A stretch of DNA of 64,000 nt from contig CM120647.1 in assembly GCA_051362555.1 (NCBI GenBank), forward strand, positions 14,980,651 through 15,044,650, written 5' to 3'. The notes beneath the pieces were generated by a model that made no database searches, was not told where the DNA came from, and worked only from the letters and a program-made list of their open reading frames with translations. Shown piece by piece: positions 37,401-49,604 of this stretch. The stretch comes from Lingula anatina (Eukaryota > Animalia > Brachiopoda). Made by a program: the position numbers and the translations under genes. Position 1 is the stretch's first letter; every line of letters starts with the position of its first letter.

Positions 37401-37982
37401 AAATTAGATTCAAGTGGAAGGCACACTTGGGCCACAGATGTTAAAATGTTGTTATATAGATATGGATTTGGATATGTCTGGGAGGCTCAGGGTGTGGGAA
37501 ATTCTGTTTTATTTATTAAAGTTTTCAGAGAAAGATTAGTAGATAATGCTGGCCAAATATGGCACAGTAACATATGTAAGAGCAGCAAACTGGATACTTA
37601 TTCATTATTTAAGAGTACGTTAACACTGGAGTGTTACTTATTAAGCATTAAAAATGTAAAACATAGAACCTCACTAGCAAGATTCAGATGCGCAAATCAC
37701 CTACTAAATATTGAGAGCGGTAGATGGAAAGGTATAGAAAGATGCAATAGACTCTGTTTAATCTGTAAAAAACATAATATTTATGATGTTGAGGACGAAT
37801 ATCATTTTTTAATGACATGTGTAGCATATACAGAATTAAGAGAAAAATATTTGCCAGTGAATAACCCTACTAAAGAAAGTTTTTTAAGATTAATGAACAC
37901 AAAAAACACAAATTTAATATCTAGTTTAGCTGTTTATATATTTAATGCTTTTTTATTAAGAAAAGAAATTTTAGATCACTGA
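34479..37982 (+). CDS. LINE ORF2: AP endonuclease, reverse transcriptase and C-terminal Cys/His motif, 1167 aa
   Basis: YNANGL, GVTET, GDLNAR, VDY and SDHFP (APE); KSPGPDG, NYRGIALL, FIDFSAAFDSV, GTRQGCMLSP, YADD and YKYLG (RT); CLIC...EDEYHFLMTC. Confidence 0.97.
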   Translation: MTVCDNSKGQLDTITPCAPCIESVVTGSEITRLCITCYNANGLKSKVNHPDFCKLLLESDILGVTETFAEHDGEFGTISALHTSFDKPRVLTRKGGVCIFIKNHLLKLVKNVINTYTDMVFLILDGNFFNSDLDILLGCLYIAPEGSVLYTTLNETNGIQRLENVLLEIFTKYGDLKLFLMGDLNARTGNLPDYCDDSLRHLDLEGIYDRDDFCMPRVSKDITENNFGRSLIELCIGQNMHMLNCRIAPDIGGEFTCQKYNGCSVVDYILLHTDLFMCVDTFEVLSLDISDHFPISCQVQCRDVSNKPENAISTRKRKLYKWNNKKANRFLGNLQNDNIFSLGHFNYLLHMNDVNNAEQMLEGLLQRSGTLFLARENKVQRNQPRWWDQECDLLKQLKFKCLNDFRKSNNQNDFKKYKECKSKFKALCEMKKNSYTANEVEQLHTLKTTKEMWNYIKSLKSAQSIKKNNISPQAWQNHFYKLLNENVNDIEKSFITYIEQYTEWFEHIQPLNSCNTLNEPFTMDELSNVVRTMKNGKSPGPDGLVIEMFKYGFNHLSPLLLNLYNTVLISGKFPSSWCNAILYPLFKKGNVNVATNYRGIALLNVMGKIFMKILSNRFNNWAVENNTTIEAQAAYKIGYSTVDHIFTLQGCVQKYLSRRKGRCYCIFIDFSAAFDSVQHKLLWYVLAKNRVNGHVVTVLRSMYSQLQSCVLTNLGLTEYFKCNMGTRQGCMLSPFLFTLFINEFYHSLNKAGCQGIYINEVLPNLMSLLYADDIVCISDTVGGLQKQIHQLEKYCSQYGMLVNVQKTKIVVFRRGGKIKKNERWFFKGKKLEAVPAYKYLGTFFGAFLGWGKTIQHQINQANKALFVIKLYLKKQAYISFKEAFFLFDRMITPILFYGAEIWGHKPVESIEVFQAKFCRYLLGVSSNTVTEAVLGECGRYPLYTNYMVNSIKYWLKLVHMNEDRYRAHVYDMLFKLDSSGRHTWATDVKMLLYRYGFGYVWEAQGVGNSVLFIKVFRERLVDNAGQIWHSNICKSSKLDTYSLFKSTLTLECYLLSIKNVKHRTSLARFRCANHLLNIESGRWKGIERCNRLCLICKKHNIYDVEDEYHFLMTCVAYTELREKYLPVNNPTKESFLRLMNTKNTNLISSLAVYIFNAFLLRKEILDH

Positions 37983-38016
37983 CAAAAATTAATAATCTTT
38001 AATACTTCTCACGGAC

Positions 38017-38060
<44 letters not shown>

Positions 38061-39342
38061 GTACTATGGGCCGGAGGCCTTGAAAAACTGAATAAATTAT
38101 CTATTCTATTCTATTCTATTCTTGATAAACATTTATTGATTTAAAACAGTAATGTTGCCGGGGGCTTGGGTAGGGCTTTATTGGCACCAATACTTTGGGA
38201 ATGGGACTGTTCTTGTCCCCAATTTCTATTACAAAATTTATTACTCTTGCGCTGGAGTAAGGGAGTAAGCTGGCTGCCGGTTGCTCACAAGTACGCTTCC
38301 ACAATTATTGACTTCTTCTTCAGTGCTACCTTGAAGAAAAGATGTCGTACTCGAGAAATACGGTCCGGGATCCTTTATTAACAGCACCCCCCCCCCCCCC
38401 CCCCACCCCCACCACCACCACCATTCAACGATCCCGGATCCCCACGTGTAAGATATTGTGCACGGGTAGAAAAACACCATAGAAGAATTAAATCACTCCA
38501 TATAATTGATTTAATTCAAATTACATTGTGCACATATTCACAATAGATGCTTATAAAGGTAGAAACGTTAACCTTGTCGGCCTCGAACAGAATAGAAATT
38601 TAACTGGTTTGCTATGTACTCACAAACTGGCTTTAAATCAATATCATGGTATCAATCGTTCCCATGCCCTCAGAATGCGTGTGGACCCCGCGTGAGTATT
38701 TTTTTAATTAGTTTTTTTAATAACGCACTCCCACTAGCCTATCATGTATTTCGCAGGCTGGGTCAAACATTTTCTATGCCCATGGATCTTAATCCTACCA
38801 CTACTAAAATAATATGCATAGATTACATCATGCTGTATACTTAATCCTGTGATAACAGGTCATCAGAAAAAAACACACTGCAACCTGTCTTTCTATCCAC
38901 ACACACACACACACACACACACACCTAAATACTCAATATTACAAGCAAACGGTAAAACTTGATAAAACATCAATAATAGTAATAATGATAATGGTGATAC
39001 ATTAATTCTTATCATATAAAAGTAAATCATTTACATCTATTCTAATACTTATTATACATAAAGGATACCGTAAGGGAAAAAGTAACAGAGGGGATGGAAA
39101 AATATTGTATAAAGTACTCCTACTGGAATACACTACCATGGATTTTTACTCCAAAAATCATTTTATCAGCCCGTGGGTCTGATTCTTTCCTTACTTTAGC
39201 TGTCAATTAATACATAGTTTTCATGATAATGTATACCTAATCTCTGTGATAACAGATCATCAGAATAAATACTGCAATATTTATACAGATTAAAATACAG
39301 ACGGACAAATACGTACAAGCAGTAAAACTTGGGAATGCATCG

Positions 39343-39381
<39 letters not shown>

Positions 39382-39694
39382 TAAAACTTAATCAGTTGAA
39401 TAGTTGTAATACATAAAGAGTACAGAAATAACAGAAGGGATGGAAAGGTCCTTGTCCTCCCTAACTCATGCTTCAAATTCCTTGCTAAACAGGGTGATGG
39501 TCGGCTTTCCGCATTACTAATATTATTATTATTAATATTATGCTTGTACGTATTATTATTATTAATCTACTTACAAAAAATCTCACGTAATGACATACAC
39601 CTTCCAGTTCTCCATAAAAAAAACATAAGAGAAACTTTGGGTATGATGCACACTGTCCATAACTTTACAATAACAGAAATAAGTCTCGCATTAC

Positions 39695-41934
39695 TCAACA
39701 CTCCTCGATTGGATCGGGCTTCTTGTTATCTTTTATATATTGATTAACGGTATCTCGGACGGCAGCTTCCCAACTTCTCTTACGTGCCTCTTTGCTACCG
39801 TCCGTGTCAATAAAGCCCAACACAAACCTGGGAATGGACACGCCGATAAAGGATGCGATCGCCTGACCGCTGAGTTGTAATTCCGAAGCGTTACGGAAAC
39901 CCACCATCGTTAACATTAAAAAAAATTGCCATGAAAATGGCGACAATGGAGGTCATGCATGCCTCTGCTATACCTTCATCAAGGGGAAGAAGTTTTTTTA
40001 TAAATGGACTCCCACAGGTCTTTAGGAATTCTCTCCCAACCTCTGCCATCTGATTTGTAGAATGGAACGTACTGCTGTTTGTCTTGCTCTAGAGAAGGTG
40101 TCTGTGGACGGGTGTGTGAAATGGCGGTAATTTGTACACTTCGAGCGTCATCAATTCCCTCTTCAACGTTAGATATATTAACGGTTGCCATACTTGAAGA
40201 AGGCGAGTCTCCAATAATCTGGGGTGTGATCTTAACGGTAGTGTTACCGTTGACTCGAACACTTTTTATTAGCTTTGGTCCAATTGTTGAGCATTCTTTG
40301 AAGACAATCGTTTTCAAAACGCGGTACTTTTCTTGTAAAACATGAAACGGGTGCCAAATGTAATATATCAGAGATAAACCTAATACAACATACGGTAATA
40401 CAATTTCGTAATTTATCAACACGCCTGCTGTAATGAATGCAGTCGCAATTAACAAGTAGTATATATTTAATAAAACAAACAAACCTGCATACAGAACACA
40501 GACTAATGTGTGGATAATACCCACATATAAGGCTAAACACTTGTATGTATAATCTATAAAAGTGTAAAAAGGAAACAGCAAAACGGCCAAAAACGGTATA
40601 ATAAAAACACTAATCGGTAATCCGTAAAAAATACCGAGTAGCGTCATTAAAAGAAATTTATAATTGAATTTATGAAGCATTAAATTTACATGGAAGGCTA
40701 TACATTTGATTAAATGCATCGTTTGGAGTAAAACATTTCTTGCTATTTTATCAAATGAAATGTAAATGTAGTCATCCATCACATTGCAACTGCCGAAGTC
40801 CATGGACGGTGGTTCCCATTCGCAAGGACATATGTAGTGAAGTATCCAAAAATACGTGTAGATATATCTCGTAAATAGCTCCGAAATAGCTCTCCAGTCT
40901 TCAAACTTCTTTTTTGTCGGAACCCAAACCCGAAATAGAGTTAGTATGAATACTAGTGTAGGAAATACCAAAATGTATTGCACCTCAAGTTGATTGATAG
41001 GCCTATCTCTGTAGTATTTGCTATCTATATACGCCATACAAATGAAAGGAGCGTGAGCAAGCGGGTAAATAAGAATCAAAGCTCCAAAGACAGACATTCG
41101 GTTTTCTGAGCTAAAGGTAAACAATTCATCAAGGGGCGTTGTTGTTTCCGGACCATGAAGTTCAATTTCCTTCATTTCTTGCGTCCCCGTCTGAAAATAA
41201 GGAATCTTAAATCGTTTTGGAAGTACCCACGCAATAATGATTGGTGATAAGAAATATACAATGTATAGGCCTAAAAAGAATTCGTTGCTTGTCATCCTTT
41301 CTGGTTCAAACGAAAATTGGATATTCAAGTCATTGGAAACAATTGAACATTTGTAACTAATTAACCATAGGTCGAGTAATGTGCTCAAATTGGCCTTATT
41401 ATAACAAATAAGACTGTCTTGCAGGTGACGTTGTGTTACAGTCCTTTTATAAACTGTGTTCAGAAACAACGATGCTAAGGTGCAGAATTGTTCTGTCACG
41501 TTTAAGGTAACCCAACATCCTTGTTGCACCTCATATAAGTCAATGTTAATTTTCTCTACACCGGGTGAAAGCGTCCACAAAGACATTTCCACGAAACTGT
41601 ACCCTAATGACAGAAATAGTTGCCCTATGTCTTTGTCAGCCCAAACCCAAAAATATTCGCCAATTTCATCACTTCTGTTTTTTGCACGCCAGAACTCCTC
41701 ACTGTAATATGGTCGAACTATGGGATTCAAGCGAATAAACCGGATGCTGTTACTAGAAAAATTGCCATTGATGTGCTGTGCACTCTCTTCCGTCATGTTC
41801 AACTGACAGTTAGAATGGAGCAAAATATCGAGGCAGTCCATATTTGGGGGAGTGTCTTCAGCATGTATTTTGGCGAAATTCAATTGAAGCACGATGAGAA
41901 TGAGAAAAGAAATCGCTATTTTCTTGTTTTCCAT
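39695..41934 (-). pseudogene. Subtype B family gene (B2), full length with two +1 homopolymer frameshifts near the 3' end (recent pseudogene or sequencing error)
   Basis: Open from MENKKIA (41934) to IYKK; T7 at 39993-39999 (T6 in the paralogue at 16115-16120) and A8 at 39918-39925 shift the frame; the C-terminus is ORF 39695-39946. Confidence 0.8.
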
Positions 41935-44723
41935 TTCGGTCTGGTAGAAAACAGGACCTGAAGTTAAATGTAAAATACCTTTTCTGCTTAAATTGATACG
42001 TACCATGATTGTTTTAGGCATGCACTTTACTATTAAACAGTTTTATGCCATACAAAACCCATTGTATTTCAACGATACGGCATTCACACGTATGTATACA
42101 GTTGCTTTACAAGACGTTTTATATTAGTGTTCGTATACGTGTGATATGATAATAATCGTGATGGTCTATTATGAATAATAATAATAGTCTATTCAGTAAA
42201 ATTGTAAGCTGAAGACTGATACTGTGCAATGTTAAAAAAACTGTATTAACATATGTAAGAGATTATAATGAATTTGTTTTTAATTAATGCACTGAAAAGG
42301 AACTTAAAATAAAAAAACATATTTACGAAGCTTCAATTTAGACTATTGACCCTAAAGATTTACTTCAAAATATTAAAACTAAACAGTTTCTTAAACACTT
42401 AAAATGGCCATAGAAACGTATTGGTTATAAAGACAGTATTTTATGAAAGATATCTTAATACGATTAGTCTTAACTATTGAAATTAAAATTTGCTGTTCCC
42501 GCTTAATGGCAAAAAATGGCGCCCAATTTATCACTTTCCTGAAATTTGAAAAAAATCTCTTACTGAGTATTTCCCCTCTTTGTAAAGCAATCCCATGATT
42601 TTAGTTACATTTCATACCCAGGATCGTTCCTTAAAAACTGCAAACGTGAAACAAAATTTTAACAAGGGGATCTGTAATATGAGAATGTTCAAATACCTGT
42701 AGGTACTTTGTCCCAGACTGGAGTATTGTCTCGCTATGTCAAGATAAGCAGCAAAGTGTTCTGGTAATTTTACCACAGCAGACTCACCGTTTATAAAGTG
42801 ACAATGGTACCTTCGCTTTGGTTTTAATACCAATAATTGATGTCAATAATTGCTGTCGATACTTAGCACAGTTGACCTTAAATATAGATTTTAATATTTA
42901 CGTTGTTAGCCTTACTAAGGAGAAATTGATTCAAAATAATAGGCCGGTATGCAGAAAAAGACTAACAAAACAACACCAGACGATATGAAAATGGCTTACA
43001 TGTAGCATACAGCAATACCCCTGCTAGCCTGAGCCATTAATACATTTTTTCGTCATACAAGAGAGAGGGTAGTTAGGGTGGGGATCACACAGAAGCATGA
43101 GATAACCAATTCCTTGCAGTAGCCTACTGTAATTTAGACTGTTAAAATGCAAACTTGCCGAGCAAAGAGAGAAAAAATAGTGCAGAGATCCTGTACTCTA
43201 TTCCTGACGTAACCAAATGATTGTATCTATCATATGTTATGTATCCGCCCATTTTTCATTCCTGAATGTGCGAATAGAGAGTGGCCACAGCAACTGAACT
43301 GTACTTGTGCAAAAACCAGGCAACATGCGCATTTCCACTGTCTTTGAACTCGAAAAAAAATAATCACATTTTCTGGGCATATTATTACATTCAGTACTTA
43401 GCACACAGTGTGACCATTTTCTTCATACCAATAAAACTAGATGTATTTATACCATTACACATGATTGGTCTCATGCATAGCATGAATTTAATACGCACAC
43501 TCCACAGTAAGTACGAACACTACAAAAATGGTCTTTTGACTGTGAATTGTGGTAGAGAAGAAACCGTTAGAGCACAATTAAGTACCACTGTCGCGAGAAA
43601 AATTGTCCTGTAGATTTCAAAATAGACTTTTTTGAAACAAATGTTATAATCTTATGAAGGAAGGGGTAATTTTTAAACCGATATCACAATTGTTTTAATT
43701 TGTGCTGCACTTGTACCTAGTTTCAATATCATACGCTGTTCTATTGAAGAATTGGCATACATATATAAACCGGAGATGGTATGTTGATAAACAATTTGAG
43801 TCACCAGTTAGTACAGACCCTCAAGATCAGGGCGATTCACGCAAACTCGCGAGAAAACTGGTCATGTTTGTTTACTGAGAAACACAGATACCGGAGTGAG
43901 GAGAATGGTAGTCCTTGTAATAACGGAAGTCCAGTGCCCATATAATTATACAGGTGAGGGTTTGCTGGATATTTCAGATCGGCATAGAGGGCAAATAACA
44001 CCTGTACAAAGTATAGGAACACGTAATATTTGGCTCCTCGGAATCCTAACCAACGGACAACTATTCCTGTTACACCAGCGGAGGTGAAGTGCGTGTGACT
44101 TTCTAGCCTCTACGTGCATCTGTTGTTATATTACATGTATGTGGTGCTTATTTATTTACTTGCAATCAGCCCTGGACTAAATTCTTTTTTGTTCTTATTT
44201 GATTTCTTGTTTCTTTTTCTTGTTTTCTTACAAGGCTGAGTAAGAAATAGTGCTTTAATAAAAAGCACCACAGAAGAATAGAATCACTCCATATCATATG
44301 ATTTATTGGTTTAATTCAATTTACTCTGTGTACATATTCACAGTAGATGCTCATAAAAGTAAACAACTTACGTTCACCTTATCGGCTTTGAACAAAATGA
44401 AATTAAAACTGGTTTGCTATGTACACACAAAGTAGCAGTAAATCAATATCATGCTATCAATCGTTCCCATGTCCGTAGGCTGCGTGTAGACCCAGCGTGA
44501 ATATAAGAAAAGCAATTTTAGGTTTTGTATAACCCACTCCTACTGGCCTACCATGTACCTGGCCAGCTGGCTCAAATATTTCCTATGCCCATGGATCTGA
44601 ATCTTTCCACTACTAAAATTATATACATAGATTACATCATGCTGTATACTTAATCCTGTGATAACAGGTCATCAGAAAAAAAACTGCAACATATCTATCT
44701 ATCTATCTGTCTATCTATCTACA

Positions 44724-44758
<35 letters not shown>

Positions 44759-45166
44759 GGGTAAATACTCAATGTTACAAGCAAACGGTAAAACTTGATA
44801 AAACATCAATAATAGTAATAATGATAATGGTGATACATTAATTCTTATCATATAAAAGTAAATCATTTACATCTATTCTAATACTTATTATACATAAAGT
44901 ATACAGAAGAAGGAGAAAGTAACAGAGGGGATGGCAAAGTACAGTATAAAGGACTGCTACTGGAATACCACTACCATGGACTTCAACATTTACTTCAAAC
45001 ATTATTATAAGCCCGTGGGTCTGATTCTTTCCTGTACTTAAGTTGTCAATTAATACATAGTTTTTATGACAATGTATACCTATCATCAGAAGAAACACTG
45101 CAATCTTTAAATAGATAAAACACAAACTGACAAATACATACAAGCAGTAAAACTTGGGAATGCCTC

Positions 45167-45200
<34 letters not shown>

Positions 45201-45494
45201 TCAAACTAAATCAGTTGTAACTGTTTGAATAGTTGTAATACATAAAGGATACAGAAGTAATAGAGCGGATGGAAAGGCCCCTGTCCTTCCTAACCTATGC
45301 TTCAGATTTCTTGCTAAACAGATGTTTAAACAGATGTCTAAGCAGATTATTATTATTATTATCAACTTGTTTACGTATAAAGTCACGCAATGACAAACGT
45401 CCTCATCACTTGAAGCTTACATAAGAAAAGTTGCATAGATATATGATGCGCAACGTCTATACAAAAAGAGATACAGTTGGTTACACATTACATT

Positions 45495-45771
45495 TTAATC
45501 TATATTCCTTGTATCTGGAATCTCGTTATCTTTCATATATTGTTCAACAATATCCCGGATGGCAACTTCCCAACTACGCTTAAGAGCAACTTTGCTACCA
45601 TCCGTGTCAATAAAACCCAATACAAACCATGGGAACGGACATGCCGATAAAAGATGCGACCCCCTGACCGCTGAGTTGTAATTCCGAAGCGTTACGGAAA
45701 CCCACCATTGTTAACATTAAAAAGATTGCCACAAAAATGGTGACGATGGAGGTCATGCATGCCTTTGCTAT
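45495..45771 (-). pseudogene. 3' fragment of a subtype B gene (last two hydrophobic segments and tail)
   Basis: Aligns to 15817-16092 and 39700-39972; upstream part absent. Confidence 0.85.
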
Positions 45772-46051
45772 GCTAACGTCTAAAGGAAGTAACTGATATA
45801 ACTTGATTTAGAATCTGAAGCTACTTAAATGTGATTTCGGCCTGAAATCAAAAACCTGTGTAAAACGTGATAATACACAGATTCAAGTACAAATAATCTA
45901 ACGCGATGACAAACATCTCTCAGTTTTAAATTCATTAGAAAAGAGCTGACATAAATTGGTCTAAATCAACGCAGGGAAAATATTGGGGGTAGTGCGCATT
46001 TTCTAAAACTTTACAAAGACAGAAAAAGCGTTGCATTTGTAAATGGTTACA

Positions 46052-48327
46052 TTAATGGACACTCGTAGGACCAGGAATCTCATTGTCTTCTAAATATCGT
46101 TTAATAGTTTCTCGGACAGCAACCTCCCATTTACGCTTTAGACTTTTTTTGCTACCATTAACTGAGGTCAACACAAGACCAGGAATGAACGCGGGGATGA
46201 AAAAAGCGATGCCCTGACCTATGAATTGAAATTCTTTATCCTTCTGAAAATCCTTCAGCGTAAGCATAAAAATATGACCATGGCAACTCCGGCTAATGAG
46301 GTGGTGACAGCCTTTGTTATGCCTTCGTCGAGAGGAAGTAACGCTTTATAAATTGATTCCCATAGGTCTTTTGGGATTCCCTCCCAACCCTTTTCATCAG
46401 ATATGTATAATAAAACGTATCGTTCAGTGTTTTGTTCTGGGATAGGCGGCTGTGAGCTTTCGGTAACTACGTTCTCAGTATCAGGGTTATCCTCTTCGCC
46501 GTTTGATTGAGGTACGTGTAGAATTACCGTACTTGAAGAATTTGAGGGTTCTAGATTAATAATGCATTCCGACATGGAAATCTCCTGATTATCTGGTGCG
46601 GTTGGTCTATGTGAGCTGGAACTATCTGTAGTATTAGCGTCTGCATGAACATGTCTAATGTACTTAAGACCACTTGATGAGCATGCTTTAAATACAATCT
46701 TTTTCAATATTCGATACTTCCTTTGTAAATCGTAGAAAGGCAGACAAATGTAATATAGCACTGATAAAATTAAAGCAATATTCGGCAATATTATTTTTTA
46801 ATTAATAATCGCCCCAGTTAAAGTAAGCATGGCTACTGACAAGTAAAATATAGAATATCCAGCTGTAAGAAAAAGTCCCAAATACAGAATGTAGAAGATA
46901 TTTGCAAATAGCAAAATGAAACACCCGAGTCGCCTGTTACCTCTTCCACATTGTGTGAACTTTATCCATCTCACGAACGACTGCACGGCACATTCTGTCA
47001 GATGAAAAGCACTTAAAGGTATTCCGCATAAAATACCAAGCAGCGCCACAATTACCGACCTCCAGCTTAATTTATGACGTAGAAAATCCAAATGTAAAAA
47101 CAAAGATTTTATCGATAGAAGAGCGATTCGTAAGGACTTTTTCATTACATTGTGAAACGAGATGTAATCACCAAAAACACTTCTACTGACTAAGTCCTGG
47201 ACCGTTGCTTTCTATTTGCAAGGACATATCTTGTGTAGCTTCTCAAACATTCTGATCTGTGAATGAAAAAATCTATATATTAAATCTGCTACTTCATTAA
47301 ACCTTTGTGTCGGAAGGCAAGAAAAACATGGCGTTGTAATGAACATTAATGCAAAATACACCCTAACGTACGATGGCTGAGATGGGGCGACATCTGGGAA
47401 GTAATTTCTATCTATGTAAATCACAAAAAGTAAAGGTGTATGTACAAGAGTTAACATACATAACACCACCGCAAAGGAAATCACCCGTTTTTCTGAGTCT
47501 AACGTAATCAATTCATCAAGGGGCGTTCTTATTTCTGTGCCATTGATTTCATACTTTTTCAAGTTATGTAACCATTTTTGAGAAAACTTAATTGTAAATT
47601 GCTTTGGAAGTAACAAAAAACAGATAACAAACGTGAAAAATGAAGCGATGATTTGAACAATATGTAAATAAGAGCTAATAAGGAGTAGCCGTTCTTCTAA
47701 ACTAGAAAAATGAATTTTTGAGTTATTTGAAACATTTGAACATTTGTACTTGTAACTCGGAAAAGTGAACCAGTATGTGTGCGTCTCTGGCATATAATAA
47801 CAAACAACACTGTCCTGCAGGCGATGTCGTGTAACAGCCTTTTTTCTAATTGTTTCCACAAACAGTAATGTTAAGGTGCAGAATTGCTCAGTCACGTTCA
47901 AGGTAACCCAACATCCTATTTGTACCTCATGTAAGTCGATGTTAATTTTCTCTACACCAGGTGAAAGAGTCCACAAAGACATTTGCACAAAATTGTACTT
48001 CAGGTGCAGGAACTGTCGACCAGTGTCATCATCAGCCCAAACCCAGAAATATTTCCCAATTTCATCACTTCTGTTTTTAGTACGCCAGAACTCATCACTG
48101 TAATATGGTCGAACAATGGGATTCAAGCGAACAAAGGTGGTTTTGGGATTAGACAAGTTTCCGTTGATAAGTCGTGTACTCTCTTCTGTCATGTTCAACT
48201 GGCAGTTAGAATGGAGCGAAATGTTGAGGCAGTCCACGTTTGGGGGAATGTCTTCAGCCTGTGTTTTGGTGAAGCTCAATTGAAATACCACGAATATTAG
48301 AAATGTTTTCGCTATTTTCACTTCCAT
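46052..48327 (-). pseudogene. Subtype C family pseudogene, full length
   Basis: Colinear with the family; in-frame TAG at 47212-47214 (Trp in B: CPCEW), in-frame TAA at 46798-46800 (Tyr of NYDI), 1-nt deletion near 46267. Confidence 0.88.
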
Positions 48328-49604
48328 TTCGTTCTGGATGGTTGCAGGATCTGTAGACAGATGAAAGGTCAGTTTGCATTTAGAAATGACACCCAACAAC
48401 CATTCACTGTAATATGCAGCAAAATCATGAGGTACGGTATTAAATCTATAAAACCTAAAGGTAAACACTGCAAGATGATTATCCGCTTCAGAACAAATTA
48501 CATATAACTAAAACTGAAGAGGACAGTTTTTATCTCTGACATTCACCATAGTCCACATACCAGTATCTATTAGTATTTTGTCGTCAGCTAAACAATTCCA
48601 CCAGCACTTAAAATATGTCGTCCCTCAACGTTTTCAAAGACCGGAGTGTTTGCCAGGTAATGTCGTTGCTTTCGTTTTAACTTCCAAACAGCCAGTAAAC
48701 ACCGAGTGAGCCAAACAGCAAACAGCACTTTTTTTATTTTTCAATAAACAACCTAACGCTTAATTTTTATGCGTATTGTCACATTTCTGCATAGCGATGA
48801 CATTGTATTTTTGAATTGGCCTGCAATACAATATCGAGCCTTTAGAAATGGGCAACAAAAAAGGAAATAAAAAAACATACGACAAGCATAGACGGGACTT
48901 CATATAATCTCCTTAGCTGAAATCAGGCTCGGGTTATTCACTTGGCGTGGAGTTCGGGGCCCACTGAAGGGCTTCGGAAATTTCTTAGTGTTTTGGAGGC
49001 CGAACGGTGCCATTTGGTACGGTTTAGGACTATGATTCAGCTAGTCAAAATGCTAATTACAAGAGGGGACCAGAAATCGAAGTGGGGAGGGGGGATCAGG
49101 ACCCCCCCCCCCCTAAATCCGCCTCTGGTCTCACAAATAAATAATTTCACATTGACCGGAATACAGCAGGTGTGATTTACTGTCAAATGCAGTAGAGAAG
49201 AAACCGTCGAAAACAATATCAAGCTAAATAGATTGTGCTAGAGATGTAAGCGGTGCATTTAAGCAATGGTAATTTAAATATTTGATAACATTATTATAAA
49301 TTATATTATTATATAATTTATAACATTATTATAAATTATATAATAATTTAGAACAACTTTCAGTTTTAGTTTTTGTTTGAAATTAATTTCATCGGCGCTA
49401 AAATAAAAAGAATCAGAACTAGGTAGAAGTGCGATAATTCTAAGTATTCGAACATTTTGTAAAAAAATCAATCTATTTAGGGATTGATAAACAGTTTATG
49501 ATTTAAAACAGTATACTGTTGCCGGGGACTGGGGAAGGGCTATATTGGCACCAATACTTTGGGAGTGGGACCGTTCTTATCCAATTTGTATTACAAAATG
49601 TATT

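Larger units (their letters stand above)
34077..38121 (+). mobile_element. Non-LTR retrotransposon (LINE, tentatively RTEX-like), 5'-truncated in ORF1
   Basis: 14-bp TSD TTGATAAACATTTA (34063-34076, 38122-38135), AATAAA followed by a (CTATT)n tail, ORF1 remnant and full ORF2. Confidence 0.95.
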
